Below, piece after piece: positions 11,606 to 23,932 of a DNA stretch of 64,000 nt. The notes beneath the pieces are model-generated. The model did not search any database. It worked only from the letters and a program-made list of their open reading frames with translations, and was not told the DNA's origin. The stretch is from Macrostomum lignano (lineage: Eukaryota). The stretch's first letter is position 1, and every line of letters starts with the position of its first letter. The stretch lies in NCBI GenBank assembly GCA_002269645.1, contig NIVC01000834.1, forward strand, positions 371,649 through 435,648, read 5' to 3'. The translations under genes were made by a program, and so were the position numbers.

Positions 11606-14600
11606 TCAGTCCGAGTCCGAACCCGATGAGATTTTCGGCACCGCCACCTCGGCGTCCTCGTCATCATCGTCGTCGCTGGACAGCACCGCGGCGCGTCGTT
11701 TTGTCGGCGACACGTTAGCGGCACCCGCGGCGGTGACAGCGACAGAATCGGCATCAGTAGCGGGTGCCACCGACGCCTCTTCGTCCGACTCCGAGCCGGA
11801 TGACAGCAGCTTCGAGCGCTGGACTCGAGACGCGACGCCCGTGTCCGAATCAGAGTCCGAGCCGCGACCTCGGCCGCCGCGGCCAGCTCCGGAATCGTCG
11901 CCGCTAGACGAACCGCCAGAGGACGAGTCGCCGCCACCGCCACCACCACCGCCGAAGATGCTGGCGGCTGTGCGAGCGGCCTCAGACGACATTTTCGATT
12001 TGCGTTTGTTGCGCTTCTGCTGCTTGACCCTGGCTTTGGCCTTGGCTTTGGACGACTTCTGCTGACGCTGCCGTTTGGCAGAGGACTCTGTGGTCACCTT
12101 GGACTGCCTGCAGAGGAATTGCGCCGGCACAGTGGCATCTGGCTATGTTAGTCTCTTCAGAACAGGGCTCGGCAAACTCCAACCCGCGAAGCCTATTTAT
12201 CCGGCCCTCGGGTGCTTTGAAACTTTACAATAGCAATTCGGCATTGCCTCTTCTCAGCTCTCTTTTCTCTAATCTCGTCTCCTTTTCACCTCTTCAGCCT
12301 CCTCTCCTCCCCCTCTCTTTCCTCTCCCTTCCTCTCCTCTCCCCTCGTCTCCACTCTCCTCTCTCTAGACTACACTCTAGCGCTAGATTCTACGAGTGTA
12401 TCTAACCGTTAAGTTTAAAATAGTTTACCGACTACTGGTTCAGACGGTTAAAAACACATTTAGTATACCAACAACATAAACTACGACTCTATAATCTCTA
12501 TATAGTTCCTAGTGTACAGCGAACAAAACAAAATACCGCGCCAATCCGTTACAGCACCCGGGTTCGATTCCCTACGCAATCATCAATAATGTTGGCTCGT
12601 GCAAAAACTGCTGACCTGGGGCAGGTGCAATTCACTTGTCACTTGCCTAACAATGAGAATATCAGGGCCGCTGTGCACCCTGCGTGAGAGTGGGCCTGCC
12701 TACCCCGCAAAACTGCTTGCCTCATCGGTGGCTGCGAGTGGACTGTCACCTTTGCAGCAGTTGTCCCGAGCCGCCCATGACAGCAAATCAACAAACCTGC
12801 GCTTCCGCTTGCGACTCGCCGCACCGCCGCTGCTTCCGTCGTCGTCGTCAGACAGATCTGAGGACGAGGAACCTGACGAATCCAGCGTCGGGACGGTCCT
12901 CGGCGGCGCGGCTGGCGGCGATGACTTCTTCGACTTGCCGCCGCCGTCGCCGCCCTCCTGACCATCCTCTTCGCCAGACGAGGACGAAGACGACGAGCTG
13001 CCGCTGCTGCTGCTGACGAAGGCGCGCGATTTGACGTTCTCGCGCTGCCGCTTCGTCAGGCCGTCCTCGTCGTCGGCGGCGTTGGCCGAGGCGGCCTGTT
13101 GGCGACGCCGCTGCTTCGACTCGCCGCCGCCGCCGCGTCGACGCTTCCGCTTGCCGCCGCCCTCTTCGTCGCCGCTGAGGTCGGCGGCAGCGGCGGAGCG
13201 TCGGCCACCTTTGCCGGAGCTGCTCGGAGGCTCCGCCATGTGCACCAGCGGCTCCTCCAGCAGCTTGCGATTCCGCTCCAGCACCAGCCGGCGGGCCTCA
13301 CGGATGGCCTGCTCGCGCTCAGCCTCGCGCTGTCGCCGCTCCTCGGCCTCGCGCATCTCCTGTTCGCGCATAGCGGCCACCTTGGCCGCCTGCTCCTCCC
13401 TGGCCGCCCGTTCTCGCTCGTCCAGCAGGCGCGCCCGACGGACGTGATAATCGGCCTGGCGCAGCAGGTCCGCGCAGGCCACCGACTCGCGACCGGCGCC
13501 TGGGAAACTGACGCCGCCGCTGCTGGTGCCGCTAGCGGCCGCCTCGGCCAGCCAACGGAACGAGCGCTGGGCCAACTTGAGATCCTCAACGGCGGCTTGC
13601 ACCTGGGCAGGTGATAGCGCGAATTTGCTATAATACTACTGATCTCAGAAGTAGAAAAACTCATTTGCTAATAAAAATTAAAATATAGTAAACTATATCT
13701 GTCAATGGCTTCCTCAAAAGGCTCATTGGCTTTACAATTGGCAAATCAGCAGTGGCGTATAAAGGGATTTTTTTGGAGGGGGTGCAACCCTAAGGGGCGG
13801 AAATATTTGGTCATAGTGGGCACCCCTGTCTCTTGCTGGGCGCCCTGTCTCTCGGGTGGCCGCCCTGTCTCTCGGGTGGGCGCCCTGTCTCTCGGGTGAG
13901 CGCCCCTGTCTCTCGGGTGAGCGCCCCTGTCTCTCGGGTGGGCGCCCTGTCTCTTGGGTGGACGCCCGTCTCTCGGGTGAGCACCCCTGTCCCTGTCTTC
14001 TATGCCGGTGGATGCATAGAAGAGATGGCAAAAGTTGAGCACCTGTCATTCGTCCACCCCCTCTGCGTACGCGGCTCACCTGAGCATACGAACTCTTCTC
14101 GTCCTGCAGAGTGACAGAGGCCAGCCGCTGCTGCACCAGAGCCAAATTATAGATCACGGTGTGGTCGGCAGGATGGGCGTGCCTGGCCCTGAGCAGCACA
14201 GTTCGGCACTGGCGCAGCTGGCCGGACTTGAAGTACGCCCTGGCCAGGTACTGCAACAGTTCCAGATTGTTGTGCCGGTGAAACTTTTTCATACAATTCT
14301 CGTACATTTGCACGGCCGCCACAAATGATTTCTGTTCGACGTGAATGTGCGCGATGTTGATCCACACGTCTGCGAAGTCCGCGGTGGCTTCCCGAACCTG
14401 CGGACAGGAGTTCAATAGAACTTGTACAGATTTATAACTAGCTTTAATTTTTAGTCCTAGTTAAATAAAGCTCACTCTGCTTCAATTTAGTTCACTCCAA
14501 ACTCAATCTAGCTCACGCTAATTGAATCTAGTTCACTCTAGTTAAACTTATTTCACTCTAATCAAATATACTTTACTCTAATTGCATCCAGTTCACTCTA

Positions 14601-17600
14601 ATTGAATCCAGTTCACAATCTAGTTCACTCTAATTGAATCCAGTTCACAATCCAGTTCACTCTAATTGAATCCAGTTCACTCTAATTGAATCTAGTTCAC
14701 TCCAAACTCAATCTACTACATTCTGATCGAATATAGTTCACTCTAACTGAATCTAGTTTACTTTAATTGAATCTAGTTCACTCTAACTGAATCTAGTTCA
14801 CTCTAACTGAAACTAGTTCACTCTAAACTCAATCTAGTTCACTTCGAATTCAATCTACTTCTCTTTAAGTCACCTCACGATGGTGCTAACGCACTTTACA
14901 TGCTTGCAGTTTACTCACATTTAGTTTAGCAAACTTTCTCTCAACCCAGTGCATAATTTAAAGAACAATTTATCGAATATATTACAGAAGTCAGCCTTAG
15001 GCCCTAGTTACCTACAAACAGCTCACCTGAGCAAACACGTCCCTAGCCTCGTTGATATAGCCCTTATGCGCCAGCACGCAACCGATGCCGTGGGCGGCCC
15101 AGATATTTCTCGGATCCTGTCTGAGCACAGATTTGTACATGCTCAGCGCCCGCTCCTGGTGCCGGCGCTCTTTGTCCTTGTCGCGAGCCATCTGATGATG
15201 CAGCGTCTGCAGCCAGATGTTGCCAAGGGCAACGTGAGCGTAGGCGTCGTTAGTGTGCGCCGGCTGTTGAATAATGCGCTCGAATTTCTTCTGAGCCGGG
15301 CCGTACTCGTGCTTGCTCATGTGCAGCATGCCGATTAGGGTCCAGGCGTCCGGGTGCTCCTGGTCCACCTGGCGATTGGGTGCCGATATGTATCGAAATT
15401 TAATGTTGTAATTAGTGAAGTGGGAAATCCTCTATACACTGTCTGATCTAAGAATATACTTGCTTTGCTTGATATGCATGAAATAAATAATAAGTACATC
15501 TAAAACAAGATTCCCCAGAGCCCGCCATTATCGAGAGATTATGCCGATATGTATTGAAAGAGTTAATATGTTTGCGAGATTTCTATATTTAGCTGATATG
15601 TACCCCTAAGCCTAAAATTAACCTTAGATGCTGCATCACCTGTTTTGCCGATATGTATCGAAATCCTAATAACTTTACATCCTACTCCAAAATGGCAGCA
15701 AATCTTACATTAAGCGCATCCTTGAACCAATCCGAAGCGCTGTAGATCTGGCCTCGATCTCTGGCCATGCAGCCAAGCCTCAGGTAGCAATCGGCATAAT
15801 TGGTGTGCTCCCTAAGCACGGATTTGTACAGTAGCTCGGCTTTGTCGTGCTCGAACACAGTCTCGTATAGGCGGGCCAAATTGTACCGAACCGTGACAGT
15901 GATGGAGCCGTAGTAGCGCTCGTCTGTCTGTCGCTCCCGTTCGCAGTAGGCCAAAGCCTGCGGGCATCATGGGTTGCACTCACGATTGAGCTGGTCTGAA
16001 CGTCTGGGCAACATCAGAAATTAACTTAACACCTGGAAATCCGGGACTGGGAGGGTAGCAACCCAAAACACCCAAAACAGGGTGGCAACCAAGCAACCCA
16101 AAACACCCGAGGTGGCAACCAAGCAGCCCAAAACACCTGAGGAGCTGACAGGGTGGCAACCAAGCAACCCAAAACACCCGAGGTGGCAACCAATCAACCC
16201 AAAACACCTGAGGAGCTGAAAGGGTGGCAACCAAGCAACCCAAAACACCTGAGGAGCTGACAGGGTGGCAACCAAGCAACCCAAAACACCTGAGGAGCTG
16301 ACAGGGTGGCAACCAAGCAACCCAAAACACCTGAGGAGCTGACAGGGTGGCAACCAAGCAACCCAAAACACCTGAGGAGCTGACAGGGTGGCAACCAAGC
16401 AACCCAAAACACCCGAGGTGGCAACCAAGCAACCCAAAACACCCGAGGTGGCAACCAAGCAACCCAAAACACCTGAGGAGCTGACAGGGTGGCAACCAAG
16501 CAACCCAAAACACCCGAGGTGGCAACCAAGCAACCCAAAACACCTGAGGAGCTGACAGGGTGGCAACCAAGCAACCCAAAACACCTGAGGAGCTGACAGG
16601 GTGGCAACCAAGCAACCCAAAACACCTGAGGAGCTGACAGGGTGGCAACCAAGCAACCCAAAACACCTGAGGAGCTGACAGGGTGGCAACCAAGCAACCC
16701 AAAACACCCGAGGTGGCAACCAAGCAACCCAAAACACCTGAGGAGCTGACAGGGTGGCAACCAAGCAACCCAAAACACCTGAGGAGCTGACAGGGTGGCA
16801 ACCAAGCAACCCAAAACACCTGAGGATCTGACAGGCCTAGAACATAGACTGTAATAGTACGATTCCAACCTGTTGGTAGCACTGTATAGCCTCCTGATGA
16901 CTGCCATTCTGGAAGAGCAGAGAAGCCATATTATTGAGTATCTCAGGCGGCAGATCCACCTGCACCTGCTCCTGCAGCAGTTTCACGGCAGTCTTGTAGG
17001 CAGCGAGAGCCTCCTGCGGTTGAGGCTGCTCAAGAATCTGGCCATACTCAATCCAGGCTTCCACATCGTCAGGAAACTGATCCGTAACCTGCTTGAGGTA
17101 GTTCCTAGCCAATGTTCGCTTAGCCTGATCCTTGCTCTGACTGTAGATGCTGCCAAGAATTTTCAGCGTCTCATAGTTGCTAGGCGACGCTTTGAGCACT
17201 TTTTCAAATGCAAGAGCGGCATTGTCCTGATCCCGACGGTACAGGTACATTTGGCCAAGGCCGAAGAATGGCAGAATGAAGGTTGGGGACGCGAACTGGG
17301 TGCTCTGATAGTAGTATTGAAAGGCCTGGTCAAAGTCGCCCTGTACGTGGTAGGCTCTGGAGTAGTTGGTGGGTTGTTTTGTATTGAAACACACTTATTA
17401 TTGTCATCGATTTTTTTTAAATGAGGATCATTATTTAACAACCTAATGATCCCAAAATGAGAATTTCATTTAGGCATAAGTTTATTTCGAGATGGGGATC
17501 AAACCAATAAGCGTCGAAGTTATCCCAAAATGAGGATCATTAACTGACCATCGATTTTATCCCCCAAAATGAGGATCATTAACTGAGCATCGATTTTATC

Positions 17601-20600
17601 CCCCAAAATGAGGATCATTAACTGAGCATCGATTTTATCCCCCAAAATGAGGATCATTAACTGAGCATTGGTTTTTTATCCCAAAATGAGGATCATTAAC
17701 TGACATTGGTTTTTATCACAAAATGAGGATCATTAACTGAGCATCGATTTTATCCCCAAAATGAGGATCATTAACTGAGCATTGGTTTTTTATCCCAAAA
17801 TGAGGATCATTAACTGACCATTGGTTTTTATCACAAAATGAGGATCATTAACTGAGCATCGATTTTATCCCAAAATGAGGATCATTAACTGAGCATTGAT
17901 TTTATCCCAAAATGAGGATCATTAACTGAGCATTGATTTTATCCCAAAATGAGGATCATTAACTGAGCATAGAATTTGTCCCAACCTGGCCAGCTGAAAG
18001 CAGCTCTCAGCTCGCATAGCCTCATTATCGGTGTTGTGAAAGGCGTGCAAAGCGAGGCTCTGCACCTTGGCGTACTCCTTCTTGTAGAAGAAATGATTAG
18101 CCAGGTGGTTCAGCACCATGCTGTTGGTGGGGTCGATCCGATAGGCTCTGGACAGGTGCTCCACGCCTTTGCGAATCGATTCGGGCGATTTCTCATTCAA
18201 CTCGGTGATCGCCACGCCAACCAGGGCGCCCACGCAGTCCGGATCGAGCGCCAGTGCGCGCTGGAAGGCGGCTTTGGCGCGGTCGGTTCTGCCCAGGCGG
18301 GCGTAGCAGTGGCCGAGGCCAAGGCGGACATCGGCTGGACAGGTGGGGCAGACCTGAGCGGAACGGGATCGGAGAGTTTTTAGCCTGTGATCCCATAAAT
18401 CTATTAACTGTGGGTCTATCAATCAATCAATTAATCAATCTGTGAGTCTATCAATCCATCAACCTGTGAGGCTATCAATCAATCAATCTGTGAGTGTATC
18501 AATCTATCAACCTGTGAGTCTATCAATCTACCAACCTGTGAGTCTATCAATCTACCAACCTGTGAGTCTATCAATCTATCAAACTGTGAGTCTATCAATC
18601 TATCAACCTGTGAGTCTATCAATCTATCAACCTGTGAGTCTATCAATCTATCAAACTGTGAGTCTATCAATCTATCAACCTGTGAGTCTATCAATCTATC
18701 AACCTGTGAGTCTATCAATCTATCAAACTGTGAGTCTATCAATCTATCAACCTGTGAGTCTATCAATCTATCAAACTGTGAGTCTATCAATCTATCAACC
18801 TGTGAGTCTATCAATCTATCAACCTGTGTGCCTATCATATCAACCAGTCAAAAAATCTTCTAAATTCGAGTTCTCAGTCCATCCACCCTCACCAGCCTCA
18901 CCTGCAGCGCTTTGGTGTACAGACCCAGGGCCTCCTTATACCGACGCTGATTAAACGCGATGCAGGCCTCGCCAAGAATAGCCGGGACATTGTCAGACAC
19001 CTGGTTGAGCACGTATTTAAACTGCTGCTCAGCTTGGCTAACATTCTCACCCTCGTAAAGAAAAAAGAATGCCCGACCGAACAGATGCCGAACGTCCATC
19101 ATGTTGATGCGATCGGCGCTTGTGTAGAGCACAGTGGCCTGTTGTTATGGGGTAAGAAATATTTAACACGAGATAAAATGTATATTTAGTAGATAACACG
19201 ATCAACATTATAGCTACTTATGTTTAGGAGTTCACACGTCTGATTCCATCACTGCCTAACACATTTACCCTGTTCAGCAGATCACATATTTGTTTAATAC
19301 ATTAATAAATCTAAATAGTCAAGTCTAACAGGTTTTGTATAACTATATTTAACAGTTCAAGCAGTTGCCTAAAAGATCACAACCCATATCTAACAGAACA
19401 AACGTCCCCGTATCTAACAGGTTAAATCCTCATATATAACAGGACACACACCATATCTAACAGGACACACACCATATCTAACAGGACACACTCCCATCTC
19501 TAACAGGACACACACCATATCTAACAGGACACACTCCCATCTCTAACAGGACACACTCCCATCTCTAACAGGACACACACCATATCTAACAGGACACACT
19601 CCCATCTCTAACAGGACACACTCCCATCTCTAACAGGACACACACCATATCTAACAGGACACACTCCCATCTCTAACAGGAGACACACCATATCTAACAG
19701 GACACACTCCCATCTCTAACAGGAGACACACCATATCTAACAGGACACACATCCATATCTAACAGATCCATATCTAACAGGTCACGAAACCAATATCTAA
19801 CAGGTCACGAAACCAATATCCAACAGGTCACGAAACCAATATCTAACAGGTCACGAAACCAATATCTAACAGGTCACAAAACCAATATCTAACAGGTCAC
19901 GAAACCAATATCCAACAGGTCACGAAACCAATATCCAACAGGTTACGAAACCAACATCTAACAGGTCACGAAACCAATATCTAACAGGTCACGAAACCAA
20001 TATCTAACAGGTCACGAAACCAATATCCAACAGGTTACGAAACCAACATCTAACAGGTAACGAACCAATATCTAACATGTCACGAAACCAATATCCAACA
20101 GGTCACGAAACCAATATCTAACAGGTCACGAAACCAATGTCTAACAGGTCACGAAACCAATATCCAACAGGTCACGAAACCAATATCTAACAGGTCAGGA
20201 AACCAATATCTAACAGGTCACGAAACCAATATCTAACAGGTCACGAAACCAATATCTAACAGGTCACGAAACCAATATCCAACAGGTTACGAAACCAACA
20301 TCTAACAGGTCACGAAACCAATATCTAACAGGTCACGAAACCAATCTCTAACAGGTAACACGCCAATCGTCAAGCAGATTACACACTTTTCTAACAAGTT
20401 ATTATCTAGCTTGATACTTGCATAATGGTTAAAAGTTTGTCTAACAGTTCTCATACTAAACAGAGACGACACCGCAACTGTTCCAGATCTTGATCTCACC
20501 TTAGTAAACAGCTCCCGTTTTAAATCGCGGTTTTTTTCCCTGTGCGCACGTTGAACATAGTAAGCGGCCAGCGAATCGTAACAGCGCATTTGATCTTCTT

Positions 20601-20835
20601 CAACATCAGCATAGTCTGTGCTAGCCTCAGTGCGAGCTGCATCAAGGATGGTCTCAAACTGGGCATACTCGGCTTTCTTATAATACTCCAGTGCTAGGTT
20701 AACCCACACATTGAGTGCCGCAGTTTCCTGGCGTAGGATAGTGAGCACTTCCTCAGCTGAAGGCAGCTGATCTACATCAAGTTCAATCACTTCATCTGTG
20801 TCCTTCAGTGGAATCTCGATTGTTTTTGAGGCCAT
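11606..20835 (-). CDS. CTR9: RNA polymerase-associated protein CTR9 homolog (PAF1 complex TPR subunit), 9 coding exons, about 1214 aa
   Basis: Exons 20500-20835, 18902-19138, 17986-18353, 16870-17356, 15709-15957, 15027-15368, 14080-14397, 12797-13602, 11606-12107. All have GT/AG borders with compatible phases and sum to 3645 nt. N-terminus [28 protein letters not shown] segments ([53 protein letters not shown]) and a Ser/Asp/Lys-rich tail are characteristic of CTR9. Confidence 0.96.
13835..13995. repeat. ~20-21-bp minisatellite (GGGCGCCCTGTCTCTCGGGT) in CTR9 intron 7
   Basis: About 7 units visible. Confidence 0.85.
14490..14850. repeat. Degenerate 20-bp minisatellite (TCTAATTGAATCTAGTTCAC) in CTR9 intron 6
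   Basis: Directly visible. Confidence 0.85.
16060..16832. repeat. 41/29-bp compound minisatellite (GGGTGGCAACCAAGCAACCCAAAACACCTGAGGAGCTGACA) in CTR9 intron 4
   Basis: About 20 units; source of spurious ORFs 15980-16907. Confidence 0.95.
17445..17970. repeat. ~37-39-bp minisatellite (CCCAAAATGAGGATCATTAACTGAGCATCGATTTTAT) in CTR9 intron 3
   Basis: About 12 clear units plus degenerate ones. Confidence 0.95.
18415..18835. repeat. 24-bp minisatellite (TCAACCTGTGAGTCTATCAATCTA) in CTR9 intron 2
   Basis: About 16 units. Confidence 0.95.
19410..20360. repeat. Two adjacent related minisatellites sharing a CTAACAGG core (~22-24-bp and 23-bp units) in CTR9 intron 1
   Basis: (CTAACAGGACACACTCCCATCT)-like units at 19440-19760, then (ATCTAACAGGTCACGAAACCAAT) at 19775-20360. 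Confidence 0.95.
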
Positions 20836-22069
20836 GATGGAATTGGCACTGCATGAAAATTCAATTCAATTATGAGACATTTCTTTTCTGATTTGCAACT
20901 GATTAGAAAAACTGTGAATTTATTCAACTTGATTTGTTAGTTTGTAAAATTAGCTCAGATAGCAAATGCAGCCTTATGTCAGTAGCTTATCTTATTATAA
21001 AATGGAAAGGGTCGAATTTACACTTGCTATGAAATCATATTGAGGATAAATAAGGCATAACAACACAATGACATAGCATGCATAACATGGCATTCAAAGC
21101 AGGTGCATACATTCATTAAGATAGGCAAAATAATTGAAAAAAGACACACATGCAAGTTGCTATTGGCTGAGAGCAGTCACGCGACTACTATTCTGTTCAA
21201 TAGCAACTTACATGGGTATGTTGCCAATAGAAATGGCCAGGTAAATCCCTAGGTTGCACCCAAGCATGGAATCAAGGGTAAGGCTAAGTGAGTAGCACAA
21301 CCTTTTGATTTATAAACTTCAAGGCCCTGGCCTAACTATATAAATAAATGAGGATACAATTGTATAAAATAAGAATTATAATGACTAAAATAACTAATTT
21401 TTTATACTATTAGTGCATTAGACTTATCCAATACCCTTAACTTTGATTTACTATATCAAGATAAAACCAGCAAATATTTTATATAGAGCTACCTCTTATC
21501 TGGATATTTATCTCAAAATCTAATTGCCTAATGTATTAGACTTAGTAGGGATATTGATTAGCAAAGTCTAAAAAATTGTAAATTAAATTTAATAGAAATT
21601 GTAATGCTTAAACTATTATCAAACAAAGATAATTTTTGTAAGTTTCTAGTTAGCTATTAACTAAGAAGTTATGTCGTCAATATTTACCACTTTGTTTTAG
21701 CAATAAAGTCTTAATAGAAGAAAAAAATTTATACTAGTATATTAAACCTATATAAATATTTATTATAATAACCATAAAACCAAGTGTTTTCATAAAAAGC
21801 TTTTATAGTTATAACAAAAGTTGTTATATATCTTATCTTCACTGATAAAAATAGAAAACAAGTTGATTAGAATATTGAACAGGTCCCTACTATCCTTTTT
21901 ACTATTTTTACTTATTTTCTTATTTCACTTAATAGACAAAGTAGCAATAGACAAAACAACTATACTTATAGATAAATTGAATTAATTTTTTATCTTAAAT
22001 TAGGATGAAACTTTTAGAGAGAATTTTGTAAATTTAAAATTTATTTTTTTTAAATATTCCTATTATAGG

Positions 22070-22712
22070 CCCTATTGGAATAAGTTTTAAAAACCCGCGG
22101 ACGCGCGACATGGGTGCCAAAATTGTGCCTAATTTTGTTGACTGGGAAGCGGCAACGCGCAACACAACACCGATGTCTGTTGACCGAATGACCGGGGGGG
22201 GGGGGGAGGTCGCCACATTGCAATTGACAATTCCCATTCTGCTGTTCACTCCCGACACTGAAAACATGGGGCGAGGGACGAGAGTATTCCTTTCAATTTC
22301 GCGGAAAAAGAAAAGAAATTTAAAAACAATAAACAGTAAAATAACAAAGGTACAACACTTAGAAAAACAGCGCACGCATTGTAACTAACAAGTAACATTT
22401 CTAAAAATTATATTTGAAGTATTAGTTACTTTACTGTCAAAATAAAAAAGAACAATTCAAGAACTTGTTATTATCAAACATGTTTGAAACATTTAAATAC
22501 CGAGAAACAACCGTGAACATATTACAATGAAACACAGTTTGCAAGGTTTTGGCTACAGGTCCAGGCCGCAACGCAACACATGACGACACCAGGTTTCCAG
22601 TGTCGCGCGACGCAACACACCACTTGACACCACTGTCGCGCGACGCGACACCAGGAGAATCCGAAAATGCGATGGACAGTCGTCCGCGTTTTGTCAACTT
22701 ATTCCAATAGGG
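22070..22712. mobile_element. Non-autonomous DNA transposon (MITE), 17-bp perfect TIR, 8-bp TSD
   Basis: TIR CCCTATTGGAATAAGTT at 22070 and AACTTATTCCAATAGGG ending at 22712, extended imperfectly by AAAA(CC)CGCGGACG. TSD attatagg at 22062-22069 and 22713-22720. Confidence 0.9.
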
Positions 22713-23932
22713 ATTATAGGCTTATTGATAGTACTGCAATCAAAATATAACAATGGCAGACAAAATGTTTTCTTGACTTTGGCTAGGAAGGATTTTAATT
22801 TCTAATGAGATTTTGAAAATTATTGTTCTTTCTATTAAATAAATCTCTTTTGATTATAAGACACCATAAAAATGTCTTCTTTTTGAAAATTAGTTAAGTA
22901 ATAAAGTTACAAAACTTTTTGTATCTTAAGTTTTAATATTGTTATAATGTATTTTGACTTATTATTAGGCACTATAATGATATATAATAATTTTTTGCTT
23001 AAAAATTTTATCATTTACTAATTTTAGCCAATAATACAACCAGTATCAAGATTTTGTACTGGTATAGGCCTATACTAAAAAAAATTAGCTTCCATAGTGG
23101 TAATACACAGATTTTTTTATTTTTGCAAAAAGATAGTGAATTAGTGCATTGATGAAAATTTAGCTAAGCCTATTCTATCTATGAATGTGGAGACTATACT
23201 AAACTTTAACTTGGTCATTTTTATATACCAACTATATTCCTTGGTTAGGACTTAGAACAATTAGTCCCACCTACTATCTTGGCAATCTTTGTATGCCAAG
23301 CTTGTATACCAAAGGAAATACCAATTTGTATACAAATAAAGTATATGCTAGGTCCCACTATACATAGGAATTTGCTAGCATTATATATAGCCCTTTAGAG
23401 TCTAATCAGTCTAACAATATAAGATATATAAGAATTTTTTGTTATATGATCCCTTTGCATTTAGCCTATGTATTGCCATTGATTTATTATGCAATCCCCT
23501 ATATTGCATTGTTTCATTATATGATTTCCTTTAAAAAAGTCAAGGCAATATCAGCTTTCACTTTGTTATACCTATACCATTATGAAAAACAGATACTGCA
23601 TTCAATATATTTGTACATTTTAATGAGAAGCCATACTATATTAACTTATAATACAATCCCTCAAATGGTGAATTTGCTTATATTTGTTTTGGGAGGTTGA
23701 TTAATGAAAATAAGGGGTGTTTCTATTTTGAAATCATTTCAATAGCAATTTTATACTAGGCCTATGTTCTATGTAGATTGTATTATAAAAGGCTATAACA
23801 AATACTTATTTCCAACAATTGTAACAAGTTTGTTTTTCTGCATGTTTTTATGCGGAATATAAACCATATATACCCTTCCCTTATTTTTTATCTAATCCCT
23901 CAATATCATAGGCCTAGCCTGGCTGGATCATG

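Noticed and set aside
12555-12575. tRNA gene (GGGTTCGATTCCC B box)
   Set aside because: No A box or cloverleaf upstream; probably a SINE fragment.
11548-13664. Multiple overlapping and antisense ORFs
   Set aside because: Shadow frames of GC-rich CTR9 exons 8-9.
15980-16907. Three overlapping 237-300 aa Cys-rich ORFs
   Set aside because: Products of the stop-free 41/29-bp intronic array of CTR9.
5800-20360. Hammerhead ribozymes in the satellites (as in schistosome satellite DNA)
   Set aside because: No CUGANGA...GAAA core found in any unit on either strand.
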